Translations under genes and position numbers: made by a program | DNA from: an uncultured delta proteobacterium | GTDB lineage: Bacteria > Desulfobacterota > Binatia > UBA9968 | NCBI GenBank assembly: GCA_963771465.1 | Contig: CAVYTU010000014.1 | Coordinates: 832,001-896,000, forward strand | Direction: 5' to 3' | Length of the DNA stretch: 64,000 nucleotides | Shown: piece by piece, positions 10,002 to 19,254 of the stretch | Position numbering within the stretch: the first letter of the stretch is position 1 | How the letters are laid out: each line of letters starts with the position of its first letter | The notes under the pieces: model-generated | The model's database searches: none | What the model was told of the DNA's origin: nothing | Seen by the model: only the letters and a program-made list of their open reading frames with translations

Positions 10002-11009
10002 TCAATGCATGAGCGCCAACGCCACCGCCACGAACGCGGTGATCAACGCGGTGCCGGCTAGCGCCAGCGCGATGAAAATTGCGGTTCGCCACTGCGACTC
10101 CATCGCACGCGCACTCATAACGGCATTGGCTGTTGCTATCCGGGTATCGGTGAAGAGTGACTGCTGCATTACCGTCTTTGCCGCGAGCACCTCTTCGATG
10201 GCGCATTCGAAGTCCTGCTGCTTGATGCGCTTACCCAAATCCGGTCCCGGCTCGGCGGCGGCTAAGGCGGCGGCTTTGAGCACCGCATTCTTGATATCGC
10301 CACCGCTCAGTGTGTAGCGCTCGGCGAGCCGGCGGAAATCCACGTCGGGCGCTATCGGAGTCTTCTTGGGGTGAATTTGCAACTCCCAGATGCGCGCGCG
10401 TTCTTCCGGTCCCGGGATCTCAAACAGCACATGGGCGCGGATGCGGCGCTCGAAGGCGGGATCGAAGTTCGCTGCCAGATTCGTCGCAAAAATCACGATG
10501 CCATTGAACGCCTCCAACTCGTGCAGGATAACGTTAACCGTCAAATTGCTTTCGCGTTCGTGCGGCAGTCCGGCGCCCGAGGAGCGGCGCATGGCGATGG
10601 CGTCTGCCTCGTCAAATAATAGGACCGCATTTTGTTCAGCCGCCGCGCGAAACGTCGCGACTATATTTTTAGGCGTCTCGCCGAACCACATAGACTCGGC
10701 CTCGGCATAGTTGACCACGAGCAGCTTAAGACCGAGCTCGTAGGCGATCGCCTCGGCGCAGATCGTCTTTCCCGTGCCGGGCTGTCCGGCGAAGTTAAAC
10801 GCCAGCCCCCGTCCCGAAGTATGCCGTTCGCCTAGGCCCCAGCGGTTAAAAATCAAGTGGTGATTGCGTACCTGCGCCAGCGCCTGATCCAAGGTGCGGC
10901 GGGTTTGTGGCGCCAATACCACATCCGCCAACGTACGCGCCGGTGTGACGGCTTCCACGACCCGGCGTGAGCCGAGGCCGGTGAGGAAAGAAATCAGAGG
11001 ACTAGCCAT
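10002..11009 (-). CDS. AAA+ ATPase with C-terminal transmembrane helix
   Basis: Walker A GQPGTGKT, Walker B LLFDEAD, SRH ATN...DPAFERR, LSGGDIKN; hydrophobic tail. Confidence 0.9.
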   Translation of the reverse strand: MASPLISFLTGLGSRRVVEAVTPARTLADVVLAPQTRRTLDQALAQVRNHHLIFNRWGLGERHTSGRGLAFNFAGQPGTGKTICAEAIAYELGLKLLVVNYAEAESMWFGETPKNIVATFRAAAEQNAVLLFDEADAIAMRRSSGAGLPHERESNLTVNVILHELEAFNGIVIFATNLAANFDPAFERRIRAHVLFEIPGPEERARIWELQIHPKKTPIAPDVDFRRLAERYTLSGGDIKNAVLKAAALAAAEPGPDLGKRIKQQDFECAIEEVLAAKTVMQQSLFTDTRIATANAVMSARAMESQWRTAIFIALALAGTALITAFVAVALALMH

Positions 11010-11072
11010 AACTGATTGTGGTCAATTTCTCCCCGTGAATCTAGATCGCCGGGGATAAAAATTCATCCGCTT

Positions 11073-11834
11073 CTACCCAACCTGCTTGGGCCGGTAAAAC
11101 TCAATCGCGTTTTCATAAAAAACATTCGCTGCTTTTTCTTCGCCTAAGGTTTCCAAGACCAGTGTGTAATCGCTATCGAGATACGGCCTCGGCGCGCGAG
11201 TGGACGGCAGGTCGGTGCCGAACATGAGCGCCCGTGGGTTGGCCGCGTAGAGGTCGGTCAGGGCGGAGCGTACATCGAAGTCGACCCGTCCGAACCCAGT
11301 GGCTTTTACCCGCACACCTTTTTCCACGAGTTTGAGCAACGTCGGAAAACCTGCTTTGGACAGGCCAAGGTGGTCGATGCTGACCGCCGGCAACGACACC
11401 AGCGTATCGAAAAGATCGCCAAGCTCGGTGGAGTCGACATACAACTCGGTATGCCAGCCGACCAGTTGATGGACGCGCCGCGCGAAGTTTTCCAGATGCT
11501 GGATTTCTTCCGAGCCGCCGCGCTTGACGTTGAAACGGACGGCGCGAACTCCCGCGTTGTTGAGTTCCCGTAACTCTTGATCCGACACGGTCTGCGGCAC
11601 TTGAGTGACTCCGACAAAGGTCGGGCCGAGCACTTTCAAAGCGTGAAATAGATAGGATTGATCTAACTCCTGGAAAGAGCCGGACACCACGGCGCCGCCG
11701 CAGAGATCGACGGCTTTTACGCGCGCTAGATAATCCTCGCTGGTAAATGCGTCGGGCATGAATCCTTGATTGGGCACGACGGGAAAGTTCTTGTCGATGA
11801 TATGAAAATGGCAATCGAAATATTTTTGCTGCAA
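11073..11834 (-). CDS. Amidohydrolase_2 family (LigI/lactonase-like)
   Basis: DCHFH, GVRAVRFN, IDHLG, FGTDLP; TTG start after GAGGAG. Confidence 0.88.
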   Translation of the reverse strand: MQQKYFDCHFHIIDKNFPVVPNQGFMPDAFTSEDYLARVKAVDLCGGAVVSGSFQELDQSYLFHALKVLGPTFVGVTQVPQTVSDQELRELNNAGVRAVRFNVKRGGSEEIQHLENFARRVHQLVGWHTELYVDSTELGDLFDTLVSLPAVSIDHLGLSKAGFPTLLKLVEKGVRVKATGFGRVDFDVRSALTDLYAANPRALMFGTDLPSTRAPRPYLDSDYTLVLETLGEEKAANVFYENAIEFYRPKQVG

Positions 11835-11935
11835 CGAAGTTCTCCTCTCAAGATTGTCGAACCGCTATATCGCAATAACGCGGTGCTGGCAAGTATTGTA
11901 CGGCCGCCGCCGTTTCGTCCGTTGATCAGGTTCCA

Positions 11936-12692
11936 TCACCCAGCCCGCAGCTTGAGCAGCGTCGGAATATCCGTTGTTTCCTGATACAGACGCAGCTCTT
12001 TTTCTTTACGCTGCACGGCGAGCATGGCCATGCGGTCGGCGAGTTCGTTGCCTTCGGTGCCGACGTGGGCGGCGACGTGGGTGAGGGTCAGTTTTTTCTC
12101 AATGCGTCGGTAGATCGCGTAACAGTCCTGGATAATTTCCAGGTTCTTGATCTCGCCGCCAGGTTTTTTCCAGCCTTTCTTTTCCCAGCTCGGTGCCCAA
12201 CTGCGAATGCAGTTGATGGAATACGCCGAGTCGCTGCACACCTCGACGGTGTTGCCGGCGTTGATTTCCGCTTCGGCCATGCGCAAGGCGTGATAGAGCG
12301 CGTTCAGTTCGGCGGTGTTGTTGGTTCCCATGGGGTTGTACAGGCCATACCATAACTCCGCGAGTTTGCCGCCTCGATACACCACGATGCCGGAGCCGGC
12401 CTTGCCGGGGTTGGGTTCACAGGCGCCATCGCAATAAATGCTGACATCGAATTGGTGAGCGCTATGCATGGCAGCGCGTTCGCTGTCAGGTTTGCGGACC
12501 TTTTGCATGCCGGGCGTTTTGGCCGGAACGTTTGCGGCCGCCGTGAGCAAATGCCTCCTCTGCTTCCACACGGTTCGGGAAGGACTTGAAACGAGCGCCG
12601 GTATACTTGTCGACGGCACGCTGAGCAGTCGCCCAATCCGTGAATACACCGGTCTGCCGTCCTGACCATACGACGTAAAATTTTTGCGCCAT
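11936..12692 (-). CDS. rnhA: Ribonuclease HI with N-terminal hybrid-binding (viroplasmin/Cauli_VI) domain, split by one frameshift near 12535
   Basis: ORF 12486-12692 has KFYVVWSGRQTGVFTDW (HBD). ORF 11936-12649 has DGACEPNPG, TNNTAEL, SDSAY, HVAAHVGTEGNELAD. Confidence 0.9.
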
Positions 12693-12752
12693 GCTGAGTC
12701 GATGTGCCTCCTGGAGAAATTGCTTCTTGCGGGTTTCGCGCGAGGAAATTTT

Positions 12753-12826
12753 TCACCACAGTTCGCAGAGTTCGGAGTAACGTTTATAAAAACCTTGACT
12801 GCGAGACCTCAGCGCCTCTGCGGTGC
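12753..12826. repeat. Palindromic intergenic element (caccacag...ctgcggtg with internal gttcgcaga repeats)
   Basis: Imperfect terminal inverted repeats and 9-nt internal repeats; REP-like. Confidence 0.5.
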
Positions 12827-12867
12827 AATCTCCGATCAGTTGTTGCTGGCGAAGCTGGTGAAAATAT

Positions 12868-12884
12868 CGCGTCGCCCGGACGCG
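12868..12884 (-). promoter_or_regulatory. Candidate bacterial SECIS hairpin CGCGUC-CGGGC-GACGCG
   Basis: 6-bp stem (five GC pairs) starting 13 nt after the in-frame UGA at 12898-12900. The loop starts 19 nt after the UGA, with G at loop position 2. Confidence 0.55.
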
Positions 12885-12888
12885 TTAA

Positions 12889-14385
12889 TCAGGTACCTCA
12901 GAAAGTTCGGTAATGACCGTACCCTTCAGGCGGAGGTTCGGTAAAGGCGGCAAACTCGGGCTGATCGTCGAACGGGCGCGATAGGATATTCAGCAGCGTT
13001 TCGAAAGGCGCGTAGTCGTCGCGTTCCACCGCAGCACTCAAGGCTTCCTCTACTCGATGGTTGCGCGGAATGAACGCCGGATTAACACGCCGCATCGCTT
13101 GTGCGCGCGCCAAAGGCGCCACCGCCTCGCGTGCAAGCCGCGCGCGCCAGTGTCCACTCCAGAGATCGTAGGCAGACGGATCGGCAAACAGGGCGCGAAT
13201 CGGTTCCTCGTTGCCTAAGGCCGCATCGGCGAGGTAACGGAAAGCCAACGTGTAGTCAACTTTCTTTCCCGCCATCGCGGTGAGAAACCCCGTGGCGAGG
13301 TTGAGATCGGCCTCGTCCTCGCTGACCAGTCCGAGCTTGGCGCGCATGCCTTTTAGCCAGTGGCGTTCGTATTGTTCTGTAAAGGCGTTGATCACCTCAG
13401 TGGCGCGTACGATGGCGCGTTTTTCATCAGCATCGATCAGCGGTAAAAGCGTCTCCGCCAGCCGCGCAAGATTCCACTGCGCGATGTTGGGCTGATTGGC
13501 GTAGGCGTAGCGACCCCGAGTGTCGATGGAGCTGAAGACGGTTGCCGGATCATAATGATCCATGAAGGCGCATGGGCCGTAGTCGATGGTCTCACCGGAG
13601 ATCGCCATATTGTCGGTGTTCATCACGCCATGGATGAAGCCCACATGCATCCAGCTGGCAATGAGCGCCGCTTGCCTTTCGCACACGCGCTCGAGCAATC
13701 CGAGGTACGGATTCGCATGGCCCTTTAGCTCCGGATAGTGACGATCGATTACGTAATCGGCCAGGCGACGCACCTTGGCCGGCTCACCGCGGGCGGCGAA
13801 TAATTGGAAGGTGCCGACACGGATGTGGCTGGCAGCAACGCGGGTCAAAACCGCGCCCGGTAGCGCGCCCTCGCGATAGACGGGCTCGCCCGTGACCACT
13901 GCGGCAAGCGCCCGGGTCGTCGGGATACCAAGCGCGTGCATCGCTTCGCCGATCAAGTATTCACGCAACACGGGCCCGAGTGCCGCCCGGCCGTCGCCAG
14001 CGCGCGAAAATGGCGTGGGACCCGAGCCTTTGAGCTGAATGTCACGACGACGTCCGTTGCGGTCGATCACCTCGCCCAGGAGCAGCGCCCGCCCGTCGCC
14101 AAGTTGGGGCGCGAAGCCGCCGAACTGGTGGCCGGCGTACGCTTGAGCCAGCGGCAGCGCTCCCTCGGGTGTCTGATTGCCGGCAAAGATTCTCGCGCCT
14201 TCCGCGGAATCGAGAGCCGTGGCATCCAGTCCCAATTCTTCAGCCAACTCAATGTTGAGCTTGACCAATCTAGGCTGCGCCACTTGCGCCGCCTTCCAGG
14301 GCACGTAGAAGCCCTCAAGTTCGCGCGCATAGGTATTGTCGAAGGCGAATCGCGCGGCGGCAGGGTTGTTCGGGACGTGCGTCAT
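12889..14385 (-). CDS. selO: Protein adenylyltransferase SelO/YdiU, putative Sec-containing (tail TF-U-GT*)
   Basis: [44 protein letters not shown]. Start ATG 14385 with AAGGAAG. The ORF stops at TGA 12898 exactly where family members have Cys in TFCGT, and GGT ACC TGA follows in frame. Confidence 0.93.
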
Positions 14386-14531
14386 CGGGTGACTTCCTTG
14401 GTCGGGGCGATTAATGAATCCTCGTGCTATCATTCTTCTCGATATCGAAAGAAATATCTACACCTGTTCCAAAGAGTGTCCTTGGTTTTCAATACGCTTT
14501 GCGGGTTATGCTTTCGTAAACAAATCGACGG

Positions 14532-14939
14532 TCAGGGGTTGGTATACATCGCTCTGCGATCTCGCAGCGCCAGCCAGCCGCGACCGATTCGGTAGATGAC
14601 CCACAGGCCGGCCGCGATGAAAACCACTATCGCAAGTGGAATGCCTATGAACGTCACAAACAAAAACCCGCCAAGCAGACACCAGAGCAGGCCAAACCAA
14701 AACGTCCGGATCTGCCAGCGAAAGTGTGACTCGAGAAAGGTGGCTCTGGCCTCCCCTCTCTTCAGGTAGTTGATGATAACGGCGATAATCGAGGGCATGC
14801 CAAAGACGAAGGCGCCGATGATCGTCGCCGCGGTGGTTATGCCGATCAGGAGGCTCAGAGCGTGCAGGGCATAGACCAAGTGGGTGACGTTGACGAGGGA
14901 GGAGGCCGGGTTGGCATCGGTAAGAGTTTCTTCGGACAT
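14532..14939 (-). CDS. DUF4870-like three-helix membrane protein
   Basis: HLVYALH, SHFRWQIRTFW, WVIYRIGRGWLAL signature. Confidence 0.8.
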   Translation of the reverse strand: MSEETLTDANPASSLVNVTHLVYALHALSLLIGITTAATIIGAFVFGMPSIIAVIINYLKRGEARATFLESHFRWQIRTFWFGLLWCLLGGFLFVTFIGIPLAIVVFIAAGLWVIYRIGRGWLALRDRRAMYTNP

Positions 14940-15116
14940 CAGCGTTACCCCCTCAGCAAATCACATTCACATTCGCTCAGGCCCAGTGTTAGACTTCGCC
15001 AACCCGACTATCTTGGCCAGGTCCACGAACGAGTCGGACAATACTACTTTGGGTGGCGCCATCGGGAGAATCATGAGATTCCCCTTCGTACTGTCTCATG
15101 GCACGAGTGAAAGTCT

Positions 15117-16097
15117 CTACGGTTTCCAGCCGGCTTGGGTCAGCTCGCTGTCCGCTTTCTTCGCAAAGCTGAAATCGTAGGCGCGCTCGATGGGCACTTC
15201 CTTGGTGACTTTGAGAACCTCGCGAACGATGTCGAGATCGTTCTTTTGGGTTTCTTCATCGACCACGCCGCTAGTCGTAAAAGTTCCGATCATGCCGTCG
15301 TAAGTGCGCGCAGCCAATTCTCTGTCCAACTCGGAAAATTTCATCATCGTGTCCATGGCGACCGCGCGGTTCTGTTTGACCAGGCGCAGGGCTTTGAGCA
15401 GAGCACGCATGAATCCATGCATCAACTTGGGTTTCGCTTTGATGAATTGGTCGTTGGTGGCCACTGTGCCCCAGGAATTTTTCACTTCCTTGCCAAGGTA
15501 CAAGATCTCCTTCATGCCTTGATCGAGGGCGGCAAAGCGTTCCTCGGAGCTTAATAGTCCCGCATCCACGACTCCCGACTGTAGCGCGGCAAGACGCTGG
15601 CCGGGAGGCAGCGCGAGAAACGTCAAATCCTTGTTGGCGTCGAGGCCGTACTTCGGCGCAACTTTTTTCAACATAAACGTCGCCACAGCGGCGATGCCGG
15701 TGACAGCGATCGTTTTATTCTTAAGTTCTTTGAAAGCGCTGTACTGGGGCCGGACCATCAGCCACTGCAGCACCTGATCGTTGACGGCGAGCACGGTTTT
15801 GAGCGGAGCGTTGCCTTGAGTGACGGCGACCAAGGCGCTGCTGCCGGAACCGGTGAAATCCATTTCTCCGGCGAGCACGGCTTGAAGGCCGGGGGTGGAA
15901 GCCATGACGACAATATTGAGATCGATCCCTTCCTCTTTCATGTAACCCCGCTCCTTGGCGAGCGGAAAGATAATGAACTGAAACGACTTGGACGGCAGGG
16001 TGACGTTGATTTTATCGAGGCCGAATACCGCTTTGGCGGGAAGCAGCAACATGCCGACCAGCAGCGGCGAAATCATCGACAGGATGATTTGTTTCAT
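15117..16097 (-). CDS. ABC transporter substrate-binding protein (SsuA/NMT1/THI5-like)
   Basis: Signal peptide, AKERGYMKEEGID, LKNKTIAV, RLAALQSGVVDA; AGGAGG RBS. Confidence 0.88.
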   Translation of the reverse strand: MKQIILSMISPLLVGMLLLPAKAVFGLDKINVTLPSKSFQFIIFPLAKERGYMKEEGIDLNIVVMASTPGLQAVLAGEMDFTGSGSSALVAVTQGNAPLKTVLAVNDQVLQWLMVRPQYSAFKELKNKTIAVTGIAAVATFMLKKVAPKYGLDANKDLTFLALPPGQRLAALQSGVVDAGLLSSEERFAALDQGMKEILYLGKEVKNSWGTVATNDQFIKAKPKLMHGFMRALLKALRLVKQNRAVAMDTMMKFSELDRELAARTYDGMIGTFTTSGVVDEETQKNDLDIVREVLKVTKEVPIERAYDFSFAKKADSELTQAGWKP

Positions 16098-16149
16098 CGT
16101 TCATTCCTCCTGAAAACAAGCCACCGAGCAGGCGGCGAATCCGATCACG

Positions 16150-16170
16150 GCTGACTTTATAAAAGTCAGC
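16150..16170. promoter_or_regulatory. Inverted repeat GCTGACTTT-N3-AAAGTCAGC, candidate operator
   Basis: Perfect 9-bp arms about 55 bp upstream of the SBP start. Confidence 0.45.
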
Positions 16171-16429
16171 TTTTTAAGTCGAGGGAAAATTTAAAGGTTC
16201 AATGAAGCGGCTGCTTTTCCACGTGAGTCATTTCCTCGTGTCATACGGCCAGCAATATTGTCGTTCGAGTAGGGATTCTACCGGCGGCAAGTTAATGCCA
16301 ATGAGGATGATCGGGTTGTACCTTGCGGCTTGTACTTATTTCTAGACGAGGCGGATAGCAATTGACTTGGCTGGAATGGACAATAAGAAAATCCTTGCTG
16401 CTTCTCCTGAGCGTCCCTATGCTGTGCGT

Positions 16430-17134
16430 CTATCTTGAACCGGCGAGTTCGAGAAATTCTCCGGCGAGCTTGGGACCGATGCCTTCATCTTCATGCTTGA
16501 AGAATATGTATGCATGATCCCATTGCTGCGATAGGATTCGTTCTTTCCAATTCAACAGATCGGCGCGGCTATATTCGGAGCGCCGGAGCCGGACGTAGCC
16601 CCAGGTTGCAGTCGAGATCAGATTGGAACTTTCCGTCTCATCCATTTCGGCCGTGCAGAGCGCACAGTTATGTTCCCGTAGGCAGTTGTAGATTTCGTCA
16701 TCGAACCAAGACGAATGGCGGAACTCAAAAGCAACCGATCGGTCTGCCGGCAAATGGGACAAAAAGTCTTGCAGCGTCAGCAAGTTTTTTCGTAGATAGG
16801 GCGGCAGCTGAAAAAGAACCGCGCCCATGCGCGCGCCTAACGTGGTTGACACGCGAAATAGATCGTCGACTTCGCGTGTGGCGTCTTTGAGCCGTTTCTG
16901 ATGAGTAATTCTCTGCGGCGCTTTGAGGACGAAGCGAAACTCCGCTGGCACCTGTTCCGCCCAGGATTGAAGCACGCTTTCCTTGGGCATCCGATAAAAA
17001 GTATTGTTGATCTCGACGGCAGGCAGCCGTGAGGCGTAAAACTGCAGCAGCTCCTTTGCCGCGAGACGCTCGGGATAAAAATTTCCTAGCCAGGCTTTGT
17101 AACTATAACCGCTGGTTCCGACCCACAGCTTCAC
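16430..17134 (-). CDS. DUF72 (YecE-like) protein
   Basis: VGTSGYSY, VEINNTFY, KAPQRITH, LFQLPP, EFRHSSW, YVRLR; GTG start with GGAGG. Confidence 0.92.
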   Translation of the reverse strand: MKLWVGTSGYSYKAWLGNFYPERLAAKELLQFYASRLPAVEINNTFYRMPKESVLQSWAEQVPAEFRFVLKAPQRITHQKRLKDATREVDDLFRVSTTLGARMGAVLFQLPPYLRKNLLTLQDFLSHLPADRSVAFEFRHSSWFDDEIYNCLREHNCALCTAEMDETESSNLISTATWGYVRLRRSEYSRADLLNWKERILSQQWDHAYIFFKHEDEGIGPKLAGEFLELAGSR

Positions 17135-17311
17135 GGCAGTTTTCCTCCCCGAACAACTTTCAGAAACCCCTGTGCAGACGTATTGAATTGTACCATTGTC
17201 GGGCGACACGGTTCATTGCGGCAATGGCCGCCGCACCGCCGATAATCGACTTGGTTTCGCAATCAGATAGCCGGAAAACTTCCGCTATCAAATTAAGTTA
17301 ACAGTCCATAG

Positions 17312-17504
17312 TTACTTCTTCTTGCGCGATTTTTTCGCCGGTACTTTAGCTGCCGGCGCGTCGCGCTTCAGATAAGCCAATGGCGATCGCCTGCTTGCGG
17401 CTTTTCACGGTCTTGCCAGAACGGCCGCTCTTCAAGGTTCCCTTTTTACGCTCATGCATCGCCCGTTTAACTTTTCGTGCTGCGCCTTTGCCGTATCGTG
17501 CCAT
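17312..17504 (-). CDS. DUF6496-like small basic protein (1-nt insertion near the end; stops at 17346 as sequenced)
   Basis: Not in the ORF track. MARYGKGAARKVKRAMHERKKGTLKSGRSGKTVKSRKQAIAIGLSEARRAG then AKVPAKKSRKKK* in the shifted frame; GAGGT RBS. Confidence 0.8.
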
Positions 17505-17611
17505 AAGATCACCTCGATAATTCATTTGCTACGATGACGACTCTCTAATTCCTTCGTTATCCCTACAACACAGGACTCTAATATATTTGCGAGACGGCGG
17601 CGTTCAGCATT

Positions 17612-18946
17612 TCACCTAACGGGCTCACTAGCATGGACTTTTGTCCCCTGCGGCCGATACCAATCCGCCCGCGTCAAGGGAGGGCCGCTTCGGCCGTGCT
17701 CGGGTTTTGCCAGTAAGGTTTGGTAAATACTCAAGCGGCCGGAGCGGAATTCATAGGCTGAGCCGGCCAAGTACAAGCGAAAAACCCGGAAGCTCAGGCG
17801 ATCGGTCAGCCGCTCGATCTCATTTTGCGCCGCTTCCAACCGGTGTAGCCAGTGCTCGAGAGTCAACCGGTAGTGCTCACGTAGACTCTCCACGTCGAGC
17901 GCTTCGAAACCGGCGGCTTCAGCGCTCGCAACCGTACGTCCGATGGTCGCGAGAAAATGATCGGGAAAAACATAGCGATCCATGAACGAGCGACCGGGGT
18001 GGTTTGCGACCGTCGGCTTGCTCACGATCGCGTGATGGAGAAATTGCCCGCCGGGCCGCAGCAACTCATACGCGCGGGTAAAGTATCCATCAAATAATTC
18101 TTCCGGCACATGCTCGGCGGCGCCGACACTGGCGATGCGGTCGACGGGTTCGATGCCCTGCAGTTGGAGAAAATTATCGACTTCGACGCGGCACCGGCTT
18201 TCCAACCCTGCTGCGCGAATGCGCTTGCGCGCAAAGTCGGCTTGTTGCGGGCTGAGCGTTAGGCCCACCGCCTCGACGCCGTAGTTGGCTGCGGCGTGCA
18301 TGATCAGCGCGCCCCAGCCGCAGCCAAGATCGAGCAAGCGTTGGCCCGGTTGTAACCGCAACTTGCGGCAGATGTGGTCGAGCTTGCTTTTTTGCGCCTC
18401 GGCAAGCGACGCCTCTGGCGATTCGAAGTACGCACAGCTGTACGAGAGCGACTCGTCCAACCACAACTTCCAAAACTCCGCGGGATGATTGTAATGATAA
18501 TTAACGGCGTCTCGAAGCCGCGCTGCGGTCGGCGCAAAGCGCCGGGAGAAGCCGGAAAAAATTCCCGCGCGCGGATATTTAATCGGTGGGATCGACCAAA
18601 GCCAGCGCGCCAATTTGAATCTTTTAGATGCCGGGTAGTGGATCGTCATCAGGCGGTCGGCCGATTCGAAAATATCGATAAACGAACCTTGTACCTCAAG
18701 GTCGCCATAGATGTAGGCCTCGCCGAAACTCAATGTGCTGACGTTGCTAAAGATACTGCGCACGACGTTGGGCGTGCGAAAGATGAGTTTGAAATCAGCC
18801 GGGCCGGCAGGCTCGGGCGGCCATTGTTCGCCATCCCATAGTTGAATGGCGAACCCACGCGGCCGTAAAGGGGATAGGACTGTTTCTAAAAGTGAGCGCG
18901 CTGACCACTCGACGGGATTTGCTACCGATGACGTTGTCGTTACCAT
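17612..18946 (-). CDS. cfa: Cyclopropane-fatty-acyl-phospholipid synthase family methyltransferase
   Basis: HYN, YSCAYF, AQKSKLD, LLDLGCGWG, SVGAAEH, YVFP, LREHY. Confidence 0.9.
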   Translation of the reverse strand: MVTTTSSVANPVEWSARSLLETVLSPLRPRGFAIQLWDGEQWPPEPAGPADFKLIFRTPNVVRSIFSNVSTLSFGEAYIYGDLEVQGSFIDIFESADRLMTIHYPASKRFKLARWLWSIPPIKYPRAGIFSGFSRRFAPTAARLRDAVNYHYNHPAEFWKLWLDESLSYSCAYFESPEASLAEAQKSKLDHICRKLRLQPGQRLLDLGCGWGALIMHAAANYGVEAVGLTLSPQQADFARKRIRAAGLESRCRVEVDNFLQLQGIEPVDRIASVGAAEHVPEELFDGYFTRAYELLRPGGQFLHHAIVSKPTVANHPGRSFMDRYVFPDHFLATIGRTVASAEAAGFEALDVESLREHYRLTLEHWLHRLEAAQNEIERLTDRLSFRVFRLYLAGSAYEFRSGRLSIYQTLLAKPEHGRSGPPLTRADWYRPQGTKVHASEPVR

Positions 18947-19067
18947 TGCAGACCTCGCGCAGATAGCGAAATGTAGTTACGACCTTAGAGCAATCTCCAC
19001 GCCATGAATGAATTGAAGCCGGACTCATTGATAATTCATTCACCAGCGACCACGGGCCACTAATCTT

Positions 19068-19130
19068 TGTAGGAGTTTTGCCTTCTACGAAGGTTTTGCC
19101 CCTACACGCGAAGGTTTTTGTTCCTACACG
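19068..19130. promoter_or_regulatory. Three tandem AGG-tttt-CCT(ACA) boxes upstream of cfa
   Basis: tgtaggagttttgcct / aaggttttgcccctacacg / aaggtttttgttcctacacg. Confidence 0.45.
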
Positions 19131-19254
19131 GAATGTGGAAGGAGATCAGGTGCGATTACGCCAGATATCGTTCGTTTGTCGTTCGCAGCTATGCGAGCTG
19201 CGAGCTAGGAAATCACTGGCAGATTTAAAATTGGCTACCAATGGTAGGCGAGTG

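Noticed and set aside
14439-14448. TCGATATCGA core shared by the selO and adh upstream regions
   Set aside because: The same palindrome occurs inside coding DNA (for example near 40073), so it is not evidence of co-regulation.
14960-15075. Short minus-strand frame ending SDSFVDLAKIVGL, like a HAD hydrolase tail
   Set aside because: Similarity too weak to call as another 3' remnant without a search.
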